A DNA stretch of 64,000 bases from positions 62,001-126,000 of the forward strand of contig RSEE01000125.1 of assembly GCA_003971905.1 (NCBI GenBank). Reading direction: 5' to 3'. Positions 27,212-39,434 of this stretch are shown here, piece after piece. The notes under the pieces are model-generated. The model had not been told where the DNA came from. It searched no databases and saw only the letters and a list, made by a program, of their open reading frames with translations. Position numbers and translations under genes: made by a program. How positions within the stretch are numbered: position 1 is the first letter of the stretch; each line of letters starts with the position of its first letter. Origin of the DNA: Moniliella sp. 'wahieum' (taxonomy: Eukaryota).

Positions 27212-28086
27212 TGACACCCCCCCCCCTATCCTCATCGGCCTGGTAATCGGGTTGCCCCACCCTTGACTCGCTACGCTCATATTGCACCCAGCACCCCCCA
27301 CACCCCCCACGCACTACTTGGTTTTTACCTGTACTTTTTCTCCCACGAGCATCGACTCCAATTGTAATCCTCTCCCCTATGAAGAAAGCTTCTGCCCATG
27401 GGTAAACTGTGTGCTTTTCCGCTTCGGAGTGATTCCTTCTGGACATTGCCGGCCACGCTCTGAGATGGATAGATAGAGAGCACCTGTTTGCCAGCTCTCA
27501 ACGTTGTTTTAACATTCAACCGACACACTAGCTCCACCTCGTGGATGTGGCGGTTGGGTCAGGTGGCGAGCGATATGCCCCCTTGCTCCGCCCGCTTGCC
27601 ACCAAAAGCATCTTTTCCGAGTCCAAAAAAAGACTCGCTATCAAAGGGTAACCGGTCCTGGAGCGCCCAGGGGCTACCACCACCGCCTGCAGGGGCGAGC
27701 CTGGCATGAGATCTAAGGGACATTGGATTGGGCGGAGGCTTTGAGCGTTGTCTGTGCGCCTGCTGCTTGTAGTTAGTTGTTCAAGGCTGGAAGCTGGAAG
27801 CTTGGGCACTGCGCTTGCGTAATGACATGCATGACATGCATGATGCATGATGCATGACACTGGAAACTTGGGTCGGAAACGCACGGACCCGATCATCGAT
27901 CGAACATCATGCATCAACCCTCCGAATGGCTGGCTGGATTGCATTGGCGCACTGCCCCTGTGCGGGCCAGTGTCGTCCGACACTTTCCGCCGACTCCTTG
28001 CAGAGGGCCAGTCGGCGGGCAGCCAAGGCGGCACAAGGCGGCACGGCCGTGCGGCCTCGGCCCTCGAGCCGTCCGCAGCAGGAGGC

Positions 28087-28094
28087 TTTATAAG
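28087..28094 (+). promoter_or_regulatory. TATA box of the metallothionein gene
   Basis: TTTATAAG in a GC-rich context, followed by a CT-rich leader, about 100 bp before the ATG at 28192. Confidence 0.6.
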
Positions 28095-28191
28095 CAAGGG
28101 CCTTGGCCCTCCGCGCATTCTGCCCTCCCCCCATCTCCATCCCCAGCCCCATCCCCTCCACCACCTCACCTAACCTTCCACGCCTTTGATC

Positions 28192-28388
28192 ATGTCTGTA
28201 CGTCCGCCCTCCGTATCCGGCCCCGCCACCTGGCCTGCTCAGAAGCATGGCGATCGAAGCTGACCGCTGACCGTTTTGGGTTGCCACCGCAGTGCCCTTG
28301 CGGAACCGCCTCCTCGTGCTCGTGCGGCAGCGCCTCGACGTCCTGCTCGTGCGGCACCACGTGCACCTGCGAAGGATGCAAGAAGTAA
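28192..28388 (+). CDS. Metallothionein, 33 aa, 9 Cys (exons 28192-28197 and 28293-28388)
   Basis: ATGTCT|GTACGT...GCTGAC...GCAG|TGC splicing gives MSCPCGTASSCSCGSASTSCSCGTTCTCEGCKK*. It has four CxC motifs and no aromatic residues. Confidence 0.9.
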
Positions 28389-30362
28389 CTTGGCCCTGTG
28401 GCCCTGCGGTTGATGAGACCACGATGTTTGGTCTTGGTGGGCGGGTCGGACGCACCCAGGTGTAGAACCCGCCTCGGATTGCCTCGCCCCTGCCACCCCG
28501 CTTTACCGATATGAACCGCGCAATTGATGGCTTTGACTGAGTGTATACGTTCAGGGGGGATCGAGGTTCTTGCCCTGCTCGGGATTGGGAGGCTAGTGTG
28601 GGAGTCAGACGGAGCCAGACGGAGTCGTGTAGGCCATACATGCACCATGCGCATCGTGTCTGCCAATGGTGCTCAGCTCCCTCAGGCTTCAGCCGCTCAG
28701 CCTCAGGCCTCAGCCTGAGGGTTGACGTTGAGCTCAATGTCCACCCGCTCAACTCTGCCCAGATGGCAGGTCCACCTTGGCATGTGACAAGTGACAGCAG
28801 CGTAGCAACTGGGACCAGGGCTCCACTAGGGCGCCGCCTGCGCTGCCTAGGTGCGTTGCTAGTCAAGCTAGTCATTAATCATTAGTGGCTCTAGTGTAAC
28901 ATGTAATTCCCCGAAACAACGGTGATCTCCGTACGCCGTAACCACTCCACAGCCACCAACATCTCTATACTGCGACCATATCGTTGACAGAGATCTTGGT
29001 AGCATAGGATGCTCGCGTCGTCAAGGACCAGGGGGAAAACGGTTCTTGGGTGCGTCCCTCAGTGGCACTTGGCGTTCTCGTCGCGTTCTACTTGTTCCAG
29101 CATCCGAAGCAGCTCCTCCCCCCGGCATTACAAAGGAGTCGCGGTGCTCTCATGCCTCGCCTTCCGGTACGCGGCCTGTGCCTCCTGCGTTGCCGAGTCG
29201 TGCAGCGTGTGGTCCATCAGTGCATCAGCCGGCAAATATTGTGGTTCGGATACCCCGTGGTGAGGTGGCAGTGCCGGTGGCTGAAACCGGGTTTCCGCCC
29301 CGCCTCCGACCCAAGTAGTATAGACGTCTGCGGTAGGGCCGGCACGCGGTTGATTGGAAGCGTGTTCACGATTGGGACGCGGTGGGCCGGCCTGGGTGTG
29401 TCCCGCTTCACTCGGTGGCCGACACCTATTCCTGCCCAAGAATAAACACGTTCCAGCAGGGCTGGCTGCTGATGTGGCATGCTGCGCGTCCATCCCGAGA
29501 ACGAGCGGGTGAGGGTGCCGAGGGTGTGGCTGGCAGAGGGATAGTGAGTGCATGCACTGGTGGCCGACGGCGCGGGCGTCTGCTCAGCTCGGTTGCACTC
29601 GGTTCCTCAGCTGCTAGTATGCATTCAAGGCGATACAGCCAGATGCCTGTCCGAGGGGCGGTTCAGATCTGACACGAACTGCATGATGCATGATAGCCGT
29701 TTGGGAGCTGTTGGGAAGAATGCCATTCCAGGGCCAGCCACACGCAGCACGCACCCCCGTGGTGGTCTGGCGCTTGACTATGAGAATGCGAATGCGAATG
29801 CGAATGAGAATGAGAATGATGAATGACGACGCGAGGGTGCGCGGGGAGCCAGAGGGCCAAGAGGCGCTGTTGCGCGACAGGAACAAGATAGGAAAGGGCT
29901 ATCCAGATGGACGTGCCCAGGAGACGAGATGGGCGAGGGGAAGGGGTTAGCTAAGCACGTGGCCGCCACAGGGCTGGTGCGTGGCGGTGCTGGGCGCTAG
30001 GGTTGGGGGGCGCTGGGGGGCGGGAGGGCGGCAGTGGCGAGGAGCGTGTGCGAGGCCAAATTGTGGCGACGCGTGATCCAGCGCCGGGCAGAGGACGAAA
30101 CAGGCGGAGGCAGGCAGCTCGGGCGCCGAGGCTCGATGCACGAGGCTGATCGATGATCCAGCGCGGCAGCAGATAGATGGAGCAGTCGGGCGATCGGGTC
30201 GGCGTGCGGCTGTGGTGCGGCAGCAGCAACCGCAGCGGGGGACAGCAGGAGACAGCAGGCCAGAGCAGACACGGCCACATCGATCGAGCACACCCACCGA
30301 CCCAACACCGCAACCTGGCACGCGACGAACCCACCCCCTCCACCACCTGTGTTCCCACCGCC

Positions 30363-32227
30363 ATGTGGAGAAGCCCGCCCGCTGTGCCCCCTGTGCCTGC
30401 CCCTCTGCCTCCTCCTCATCGGCCTCGGCCTCGACGCCCGCATCGGCCTCCGTCCTTTCTGCCCCCTCGGCCCTCACACCCGCCTCGCCCGCCCCTGTCC
30501 CTCCTGTCCCTGCCGCACCCACCGCTGCCGCCGCAGCCGCCGGACGACGGCCTGCGCAGCCCCGCCGCCGAGGTAGACATGCTGGACGCGCGCGCCCCGC
30601 CCCGGCGCCAGCGCAGCTCCCGCTTCCACCTTGCCACCCCTGACCCGCGCGCACGCCAGCTGGAGCTGCTGCCACGTCTGGCCGAGGTGCCGGTCGAAGA
30701 GCGGGCGGCTGGCCGTGCGCAAGCTCGAGCAGGCCTCGGTCTTGTTTGACTTTACCACGGGATGACGAGGAGGGCAAGCAGCGCAAGGCGGATACACTGC
30801 GAGAGCTGCTCGAGTATCTCACCACCCTCCATGCCCCGATTCCTGATATCATCTACCCTGCCATGACCAACATGTTTGCCACCAACTTGTTCCGCACCAT
30901 CCCTCCGCCTCCTCCCAGCACGCTGCCCCCCGCAGCGGCCGATGTGTTTGAAATGGACGATGACGAAGCTGTGTTGGAGCTTGCCTGGCCGCACCTGCAA
31001 CTGGTCTATGAACTCTTCCTCCGCTTTGTCGAGAGTCCCGACTTTGTTACCAGTCTCGGCAAGCGGGTGATCGACCAAGCGTTTGTGTTGCGGCTGTTGG
31101 AGCTGTTTGATTCGGACGATCCAAGGGAACGAGACTTTCTCAAGACGACGCTGCACCGGATCTATGGCAAGTTTCTCAACTTGCGTTCCTTTATCCGACG
31201 CTCCATCAACCATGTCTTTTTCCAGTTCATCTATGAGACCGAACGACACCACGGGATTGCCGAGCTCCTGGAGATCATGGGCAGCATCATCAATGGCTTT
31301 GCTGTGCCGCTCAAGGAAGAGCACAAGACGTTTCTGGTTAGGGTACTGGTTCCCTTGCACAAGGCGCGCTCGCTGGTGCTCTACCACCCGCAACTGGCCT
31401 ACTGCGTCGTGCAGTTTCTCTCGAGAAGGATCCGGGCCTGACGCTGCCCGTGGTTCGTGGCTTGCTGCGGTACTGGCCCAAGACCTCTTCGCCGAAACAG
31501 GTCATGTTCCTCAACGAGCTGGAGGAGATTGTGGATGTGATGGAAGCGAGCGAGTTTGCCCAGGTGCACCCGCTGCTCTTCCAACAACTGGCTGCCTGCC
31601 TCGACTCGGCCCAGTTCCAAGTGGCCGAGCGGGCGCTGCTCATCTTTCAAAACGATTACCTGCTCAGCCTCGTTGCCGAGCACATCCACACGGTCCTCCC
31701 CGTTGTCTTCCCGCCGCTCTACCGCTCGGCGCGCACGCACTGGAACCGACAGATCCAGCCGCTGGTGCTGCAAGCGCTCAAGACGCTGAGCGATGAACCC
31801 GGGCTTGTTCCAGATTTGCACCGACGCCTTCACCGAATCGCAAGCTGCGTACGTCTGTCTCTGACTCTGTGTCTGTGTCTGTGTCTGGCTACGAGAGCAC
31901 ATGCTAACCAACTACCCCACCCCCCTTGGCAGCGAACCTTCGGTGCTGGCGGCCAAGGACGAGCAATGGTCGCGCCTGGCCGCGTCGGCGCTGCAGACGA
32001 GCAGCGCACTCAACCTCACCCCGCCAGCGTACCTGGTGGCCGACGTGGAGCGGCCGCCAAGGTGGCACGAGCACGCGGCGCACAGCGTCGTGTCGCCGCC
32101 CGTGCGGCCGCTGGAGGAGGCGATGGAGGTGGAGATGGACCGCTCCTCGCTGCTGGGCGGGGCGGTGGACCGGGACCCGCTGACGATGGCCGAGATGTCC
32201 TTCTCGCCCCCGAGCAACGAGCCCTGA
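30363..32227 (+). CDS. Protein phosphatase 2A regulatory B' (B56) subunit, Rts1/Par1 family
   Basis: [93 protein letters not shown] and FQVAERAL. Start is approximate; intron ~31849-31931. Confidence 0.95.
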
Positions 32228-32576
32228 GGCGGCGCGGGCGAGGCGAGGCGAGGCGAGGCGAGCAGCGGGCAGGCAGGACTAGATGCTCTCTGCGGCTTGT
32301 ACAGTACATATGCATGTAAGCACGCATGCCCCATGCATCCCCACTCATCCGCTGTGACGTGTGACTAGTGACTCGGCCTGAGCCTGAGGCCCCGTCCCAG
32401 CATGGCACGCGCCACGCACCCGCTCACGTCAGCGCGTCAGCGTCCACCCAAGTAGGGTTGCGCGCGGTGCATTGCGCTGACGTAAGCCCCCGCCCGCGCA
32501 GCGCACGGCCACATGCGCTGCTGCGCAGCCGCTCCTGCGCCTCCATCGCCCGCCGCTGCCCCTCGCCGCCGCCGCC

Positions 32577-33751
32577 ATGATCCTCCTCCCGCCCGAGAAC
32601 GCCATCATCCAGCATGTGCTGACCCAGCGCTTCGCGGTCCCCGGCGCCGTGGACCAGACCTTCAGCGACTTTGACGGTGTTGCGTACCACGTCGAAGCGC
32701 CCAAGGCCGGCCCCCTGACTCTGTCCATGGACATTCGCTGCTGGCCCCAGCTCGTGGCCCAGGGCGCGGACCAAGTGCTGGCGCGCGAGTATGGCGCCTA
32801 CCTCCTGCCTGCCTCGGAGGTGGAACAGGGCTACTCGGTCTCGCTGCGGTTCGACTATGCCGATCTGCCGAGGGCGAGGCCGCGCGCGCGCTGATCCAGT
32901 CGGTGGCCTTGCTCAAGCGCAATGCGATGGCCGCGCCGTTTGAAGCGGCGTTTGCTGCGCACAAGGCGCTCGCCGAGCAGTCCAAAGTCGTTGAGGGTGC
33001 CCATTCGGCCAGCCGCGGCGGAGCAAGTGACACGCTCGTCATCCCTTACCGGGAGGACGAGACGATCTACATCCTCCCCCTCGGCAGACCGGGTGACGGT
33101 GGTGTTCAGCACCGAGTTCAAGGACGAGACGGACAAAGTGTTTGGCCGCCTCTTCCTCCAGGTACGTGGTTTTGTTTTCTTGTCTGCCTGCCGTGGCGCC
33201 AGTTGCCAGCCACCAGGCACCAGGCACCTGCCCAGCCTCCGCTCACTGTTCTCTTGTCCTAGGAATTTGTCGATGCGCGTCGTCGACCGCAGATCCAATC
33301 CGCGCCGCAGGTGCTGTATTCCAACAAGGAACCTCCGCTCGAGATCCGGCACTTGCCCAACCTGGTGCAGGGAGACAACATTGGCTATGTTACCTTTGTC
33401 CTCTTCCCACGCCACTTCCAAACGCCCGAACTGGCCTATGCGACAGTCAGCACCATCCAGCTCTTCCGCGATTACCTCCACTATCACAGTACGTTTTTTT
33501 TTCGTCTTCTTTTTCTTTTCTTTCCTCTCTGGCATGGTGTGGCGTGGTGTACCACCGGGACCAGACCAGACCAGATCAGGCAAGACAGGATAAACATCTC
33601 CGGTGTGCCAGTCAAATGTTCCAAGGCGTACATGCAGTCGCGGATGCGACACCGTGTTTCGGAGTTTACCAAGGTGCTCAACCGGGCCAAGCCAGAGCAG
33701 GCCGACAAGGAACGCAAAACTGCGTCGGGGCGGACGTTCAAGGCGCGCTAA
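32577..33751 (+). CDS. ARC35: Arp2/3 complex 34-kDa subunit (ARPC2)
   Basis: [88 protein letters not shown] and KTASGRTF. Introns 33162-33262 and 33489-33611. Confidence 0.97.
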
Positions 33752-35862
33752 CTACCGCCGCTCCCGGGGCCCTGTCCGCCATGGCTCGGTGCAGGCGCAA
33801 GAACAATCCCATCTGGATGCGTTTTGTCTTTCTCTTGGTGCGCGGACCACGGGACGGCTGTTCTCGTGGTTTTTGGAGACAGACAGGAAGGGGGGGGGAT
33901 ACGATGTGCAGAAAGCAAGTTGTGGGGAATGGGGGAAGAAGAAGTGACAGGTGAGACTTACTTTGCGTGCAGGCCTGGTTGGCTGCTAGGGTCAGAGGGG
34001 GGCAGGCTCCAGACGAAGGGAAATGTGTAGCAAGAAGCGTTCTTGGTTATTGCTTGCTGAGGAGCACACTGGCCTGGCGGTACAGAGGCAGTACAGCGTG
34101 ACGATGCGTTTGGCGGGGACTGGACTTGGACTGAGCCAGGCGCCCTACCGAATGGCCTGCCCGACAAGCGCCGTGTCCTACTGCCGTATAGAATGCCAAA
34201 GGAGGGAGGACTAGCCGTTCTTTTCCTCTACACACAGCTCGATCGGGGGATCCAAGCCAGCGTGTGCGTACGGTAATGCCATCGCATTGCTGAGGGCGAT
34301 GAGGGCCCACGCCGCGACCAACGATCGGCATCATACACGCGGACACCAGGGCGCAAAGTGAAGACGCACAGGCCCAGACCGTGGAACAAGAAACCAGAGC
34401 AAGAAATCATTAGGGCCCCCTAGGCAGACGCCCAAGGGATGTATAATATCTGTGTGTAGGCAGGACGTTCATTGCACGCAGCTTTCCTAGCATTTCCTCG
34501 CCGTGAACAAACAGGAACGTACCCGCGTTAGCGTGTTGGCCACCCGGAATACGCGCTCTCATCATTCCCCATTCCCATTCCCAGGGCATTGGGCGCATAT
34601 TACTTTGTTTACTGTCGCAGCTAAGCGACCCTACCTAGCTCACTTCAATCCCATCCGTGCCTCTGGTTCGTCAGCAAGCAGGTTCAGAGTGGTCCCTAGC
34701 TCCGCAAGCTGTGCCGTTCCCGCGCAGCATGTGCAAGTGCGCAAGTGCGGTATCGTGGCCTCGCTAGAGCACAGCATGGGTTTCATTGCACCCGCACCGA
34801 TGCAGTCCATGTTTGGTGTATTGCAAGAGGGCAGTGCGGGATCCCATAGCCCATTCTCCAGCTCGTACGCTCCATCCCCGACGCCGTGATCCACAACGAG
34901 CCGCCCGACTGTGCAGGAGGAGGATGGAGCGGGGCGTGGGAGGGAAGCAATGCGCACTGACTACCGCGTGGTGGGACCTGGGGCAGTGGAGCAATGCGAG
35001 GATGAGGAATGGGGGTGGATCACATTCACATGTTGAGGCATGTTGCGGGGCTCGGGGACGCAGGAGGCGTTGACTACGTATAGGAAGGTAGCAGAGCGCA
35101 CCGCTACGGCATAGAATGCCTGTTGAGAGGAGAAGGAGCTGTTGCTTTGGCGGTTCGCCTGGTTGCCTATAATAACCGACTGACGTTTGGGCTGGGTGCC
35201 GACAAGCAGCACGCGCCGGGTGAGCAGGTCGGTTCAAGCGCAATGCGGGTCTTTGTCCTCTGGCAGCTGTAATAGAAGCTCAGTCAAGGATGGATGGGTG
35301 CAGTATCGAGATCTGAGATGAATACCGCGCAGGAGTGGTGAAGCTTGAAGCTTGAAGTACGGCCCATCATCGACATCATCAGAGTGCCAGCGTTGGATGC
35401 TCGACGGTTGCACGTTGCTGCGCAAGTGGGGGGCTCTCTTCCAGCTTCCCCCCAGTACAACAAGCGGTCCACCACCGTGGCATCAGTACTCTCAGTGCTG
35501 TAGAAACACCGCCCCCCTCCCGCCGTGTCGCCCAGTGCGACGGCTGTGTTTGATATGCACTCTGCTATTGACTACTGACGTACTGAGTACTGACGCGTGA
35601 CGTTATACGTTTTCCGTTTCAGGTACGGTGACGCGCTGGTGCACATCAACGCGGGGTAACATGGTAACATGGTAACAATGTAAGAGCATCATGCATCACT
35701 CTTCGACGCCCGAACCTACACGGTCCCCCCACCTCGCGCACCCTCCCTCGTTCCTGTCTACGCTTGGCCCAATCGGCCTCGGGCGTCAGATCTCAGATCT
35801 CAGGGCAGGCCAGCCTGTTGGGGGAGAGAGAGAAGCAGGAACCGAAGCGAGGGTACAAGAGC

Positions 35863-35961
35863 CCTGTCCTGTCCTGTCCTGTCCTGTCCCTGTCCTGTCC
35901 TGTCCTGTCCTGTCCTGTCCTGTCCTGTCCTGTCCTGTCCTGTCCTGTCCTGTCCTGTCCT
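35863..35961 (+). repeat. (CCTGT)n pentanucleotide microsatellite
   Basis: About 19 near-perfect tandem units. Confidence 0.95.
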
Positions 35962-36639
35962 ACAGAAGGTCGGGGAAGCCCGCCATAGGTCAGGCCACGT
36001 GGGGTACGGTTCCATTACCCCGACGCCGCGGCCTTGCCAGACCGACACCAAGCCGCTCGTCTCCCTTCTCTGCACGTCCACATGTCTTCTGCCTTCCTTC
36101 CCCTCCCCCAGCTGGCCAGGGGACGACGCAGCACGGACGCCGCCTACGCGCTACGCACAGGGCACGCGAGAGGGTGCCAAATCGCGTGGGTGGCGAGGGT
36201 GAACAACTAGGGATAAGCTAGAGCGCATCAGCCGCGCGCACTGCCAAGATCGCCTGCCATTCCCCCCCCTCTGTTCTGTCGCTGTCCCTGTCTCCCCTTC
36301 CCACGCCCGCGCCCGCGCCCGCGCCCGCACAGGTTCTCCGCACGTACGTAGCAGCGCACCCGCGCCCGGTACGAGGGCCCGGACACGAGCGGGTGTGGCC
36401 GTCGAGCCTGGGGGTGGGTCGACGCAGCATGCAGGATGAGAGAAGAAAGAATAAGGAAGGGGGAGTGAGGAAGGAAGAGTGAGGAAGGGGGGGTAAGGAA
36501 TGGAGGTGTGGAATGAGAACCCTAACGGGGGATGAGATATGCGGCGTAGTACAGGAGGCAAAGGCAGAAGACAGACCAAGGAAGGGGGAGCGAAGGGGGG
36601 TGGTACGCTCAGGTGGTGTGCCTAAGCGCTAGGCGCTAG

Positions 36640-37633
36640 CTAGGCACGGACAAACTGCACCACCTCCAGCTGCAACGGCGCGAGATCGAGACAGGTACGT
36701 GTGGTGCGCACGTACCCGGGCAAGTGACGGGGCAGAGACGGCGTGGGTGCGCCCTTACCGTAGGGCGTTTGCGTTTGCGGTTGCGTGGCAGCAGGCGCAG
36801 GCGCCTCGAGGAAACCCTCGGGCGAATCGTCCTCTTCGGGGGAAAAGACAAGGAGCGTGATCTGTTTCGGACTCAAACTGGACGCTGCCGCACGTAACAT
36901 GCTGCCCACCTCGATCGGGGGGACGCCGGTGCACTCGTACTGCACTCCCTGGGCGTAGGGCAGACCAGGCCAGACGCCCAGGGGGGCGCAGTTAGCGCCG
37001 TTAGTGACGGTACCGACGGTGCCTGCCACCGGGATCGACGGCGTACGACACGGGTGAATCCGGTGCGGCGCACGGCGCGGGCAGGGAGAGAGAGAGCAGC
37101 AACGTATTTGGTTCGGCAGACTGCGTGGGCAGACCAAAGTAGAACAGAGCGAGGCAGTCGGGGTTGGTCAGCGTGCCAAGCACGTACCGTTTTCCGGTCG
37201 GAAACCGGTGTGCAAGCCACTCTGCCGCACTGTCCGCGTGGGCAGGGGCGGTATAGATGCACCGCGTCACCTCGAGCTGGGACAGCCACGCCTCGGGGCG
37301 CAAATGCGGGCCGGAAAGAAGTAAGGTGTGGTCCGTGACGACCAGATAGCCGTCCCTGGCACGGGTGGGCATAATGTCAGCGACCAGCGTCGCCAGTCCA
37401 AGCGGCGGGGGGGGGGGGGGGGGGGACGTACGGGAAACAGTAGGTATCCCTCTCGGGGGTGCTGGTGGCGGGGGCCCCCCACAGGGTGGGCACAAGTGCG
37501 CGGCCGCCTGGGGCAAAGTGGAGCTGGAGCCGTTCAGGGCGGGCCGGAAGCGGAAGCGGAAGCGGAAGAGAGCAGGGTCGCAGAGCGTGGTATCGGACGC
37601 GATGCTGGCCGCCTCCCAGCGGTCCACGCCCAT
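36640..37633 (-). CDS. Divergent S-adenosylmethionine decarboxylase-like protein lacking the autoprocessing (ES|S) motif; probable pseudoenzyme. One frame break at ~37010-37085.
   Basis: Colinear resemblance to eukaryotic AdoMetDC as recalled: RGIPTVSR; DGYLVVTDHTLLL (cf. [22 protein letters not shown]); RCIYT; WLAHRFPTGKRYVLGTLTNPDCLALFY (cf. [25 protein letters not shown]); EPNTLLLSL (cf. PDQTLEILM); VQYECT (cf. VSFETN); MLRAAASSLSPKQITLLVF (cf. LIRKVVEVFKPGKFVTTLF); GYVRTTRTCLDLAPLQLEVVQF (cf. [22 protein letters not shown]). Confidence 0.72.
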
Positions 37634-39434
37634 GGGGTCGGGCTCGAGCAGCGTCTCTTGGGGCCCCAGGCGAGTCAGGGGAGTCCAGGCAGGCAAAGCA
37701 GGTGGTGGGAACAGAGGGCGGGCGGGTCGGACGCCGTGCCGAGGCCAGCGCCAGTGGGGCTGCTATCTGCTCTTCACGCTTCACACTTTACCTTGAAGTG
37801 AAGCTTCATCTGTAGCGCTTCAATGTTCAACCTGCCCCCCCCGGCCGCTGGGCCGCTCGGCGCCGCGCCTGCCGCGCCTGGCGCGGCGGCACACTCCCCC
37901 TGGGCTCGGCTGGGCACCGCGCCGCCCATGCGTATGCGGCGCCCACGCTCCCCCTTGGATGACGTGATTAATGACGAATGCCAAGCGCCAAGCACGCCAC
38001 ACATCTTCTGCATCCATCCGCCCAACGCAAAATACAATACAGGTGCCGCTCGGTTGGACGCGATGCGCGCCAGGATGATAAGGGCGATCAAGACGAAAAG
38101 AAATGGCCTCCAGGCTCCCGTCGGGACTCGACCAATGTGCCGCTCTCTGCGCTTCTCCTTGTCCTCTCGTGTTGGCCTAGGGAGCCGGACGGGCAGAAGG
38201 TCGATGAGGAGAAAGTGATGGATTGGAGCCAGCGTTGGGTCTGGGTGTAGAGGCATCTATATAGGAGGCCGGACTAGGCACAGGGCCAGTGAGTCACAGG
38301 AGAGAGTGCAAGGCACAGGCCGGGATATGGCAGTGACACGCTGGGAAGCAGCGTGGAAGCCGATATGGAACCGAGGCGAACCTGGTTTACCGACTGGGAG
38401 CTGGAGGATCACAGTCAACATCTCCCCCACCACATCCTTCCCTGTGCTCGCTGCGAACGCTGCCTCGGGGCTGTGTGGTGCATCGGCGTCACGGTGGTCA
38501 GGCGCACCTGAGCGGGATGCGGGGTAAGCGGTAAGCGCTTACCGCTAAGCCAGCTGGTGGCTCGTGCGTTGGCCACTGTGCCTGAGTTCCTCCCTAAGCC
38601 TAGGAGCTCGCTTTTTCTCTCCTGTGTTACTTGTTCCGCAGCGCCCCGGCGGCGACTCGCGGCTTGGTGTTCCTCTGTAGCAGGGGTAGCGGGTTGGCTT
38701 CGACCACCACCTCCACCACCAGTGCGATTGCATCACCCTCGAGGAGCCTTAGCACTCCAGGTCTCCGCAGGGGGTGGAAGGGGCATGGCTTGATCGAGCG
38801 CCCCGGGGCGGAGGCACCGCAGCGAGGGGAAGGTCACGTGCATGCGGGGGTAGGGCTAGCTGCGTGTGGATGTCATCTGCGTTGGGTGCGGGTGTGTGGC
38901 GGCGGAGTTCCGTCGGGGGAGGGAGTGGGAGGGAGTGGGGGATGGTCGATGGTATGCCAAGAACCCGTCACGTGGCTGACGCAGGCACGCACACGTGCCG
39001 TCTGGCGTGGGGGGGGCATGTCACATGTCAGTACGCCTGGCACGGCTCAAGTGCGCGAGGAACGTCCACCGCACAGGCTGAATGTTTCATCCGGCGCCCA
39101 GGCTGCCAGGGACGAGGCACACTGGGCGGGTGGGGCGGGCGCTACGTAAGCGCGTAAGCCGCCAGGCGATCGACGGGGATTGGGCTGGGACACGTGACGC
39201 GCGTGACGCAGGCAGCGGAGATAAAAACCTTTTTTAACGGCCGCAGCCAGGCACGGGCGGAACGAGAGGCTTAAGCTAAAGCTCAGCACAGCTCAGCCCG
39301 ACGCACTCAGCCATCTGCACAGCGCCGCACCGCCCAGCCTCTGCCCCAACGCCGACAAGCCCGCTTGTCGATTGCCGCTTTTCTGCTCTGCTCTTTTCTG
39401 CTCGCCGCCCGCCTTCCTGCCTCCCTCCACCCTT

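Noticed and set aside
29040..29553. Minus-strand 141-aa ORF with a possible frameshifted extension
   Set aside because: No recognisable domain; cannot be distinguished from a chance GC-rich ORF.
34640..34957. Minus-strand ORF containing GTTLNLL, reminiscent of the fungal AdoMetDC KTCGTTLNLL motif, near the pseudo-AdoMetDC
   Set aside because: No KTC or SESS, no flanking similarity, and it lies downstream of the gene. Most likely a chance match.
37010..37085. Frame switch in the AdoMetDC-like gene as an antizyme-style programmed frameshift
   Set aside because: No slippery site or shift-site stop codon is evident, and indels are frequent across the window. An assembly error is more likely until reads are checked.
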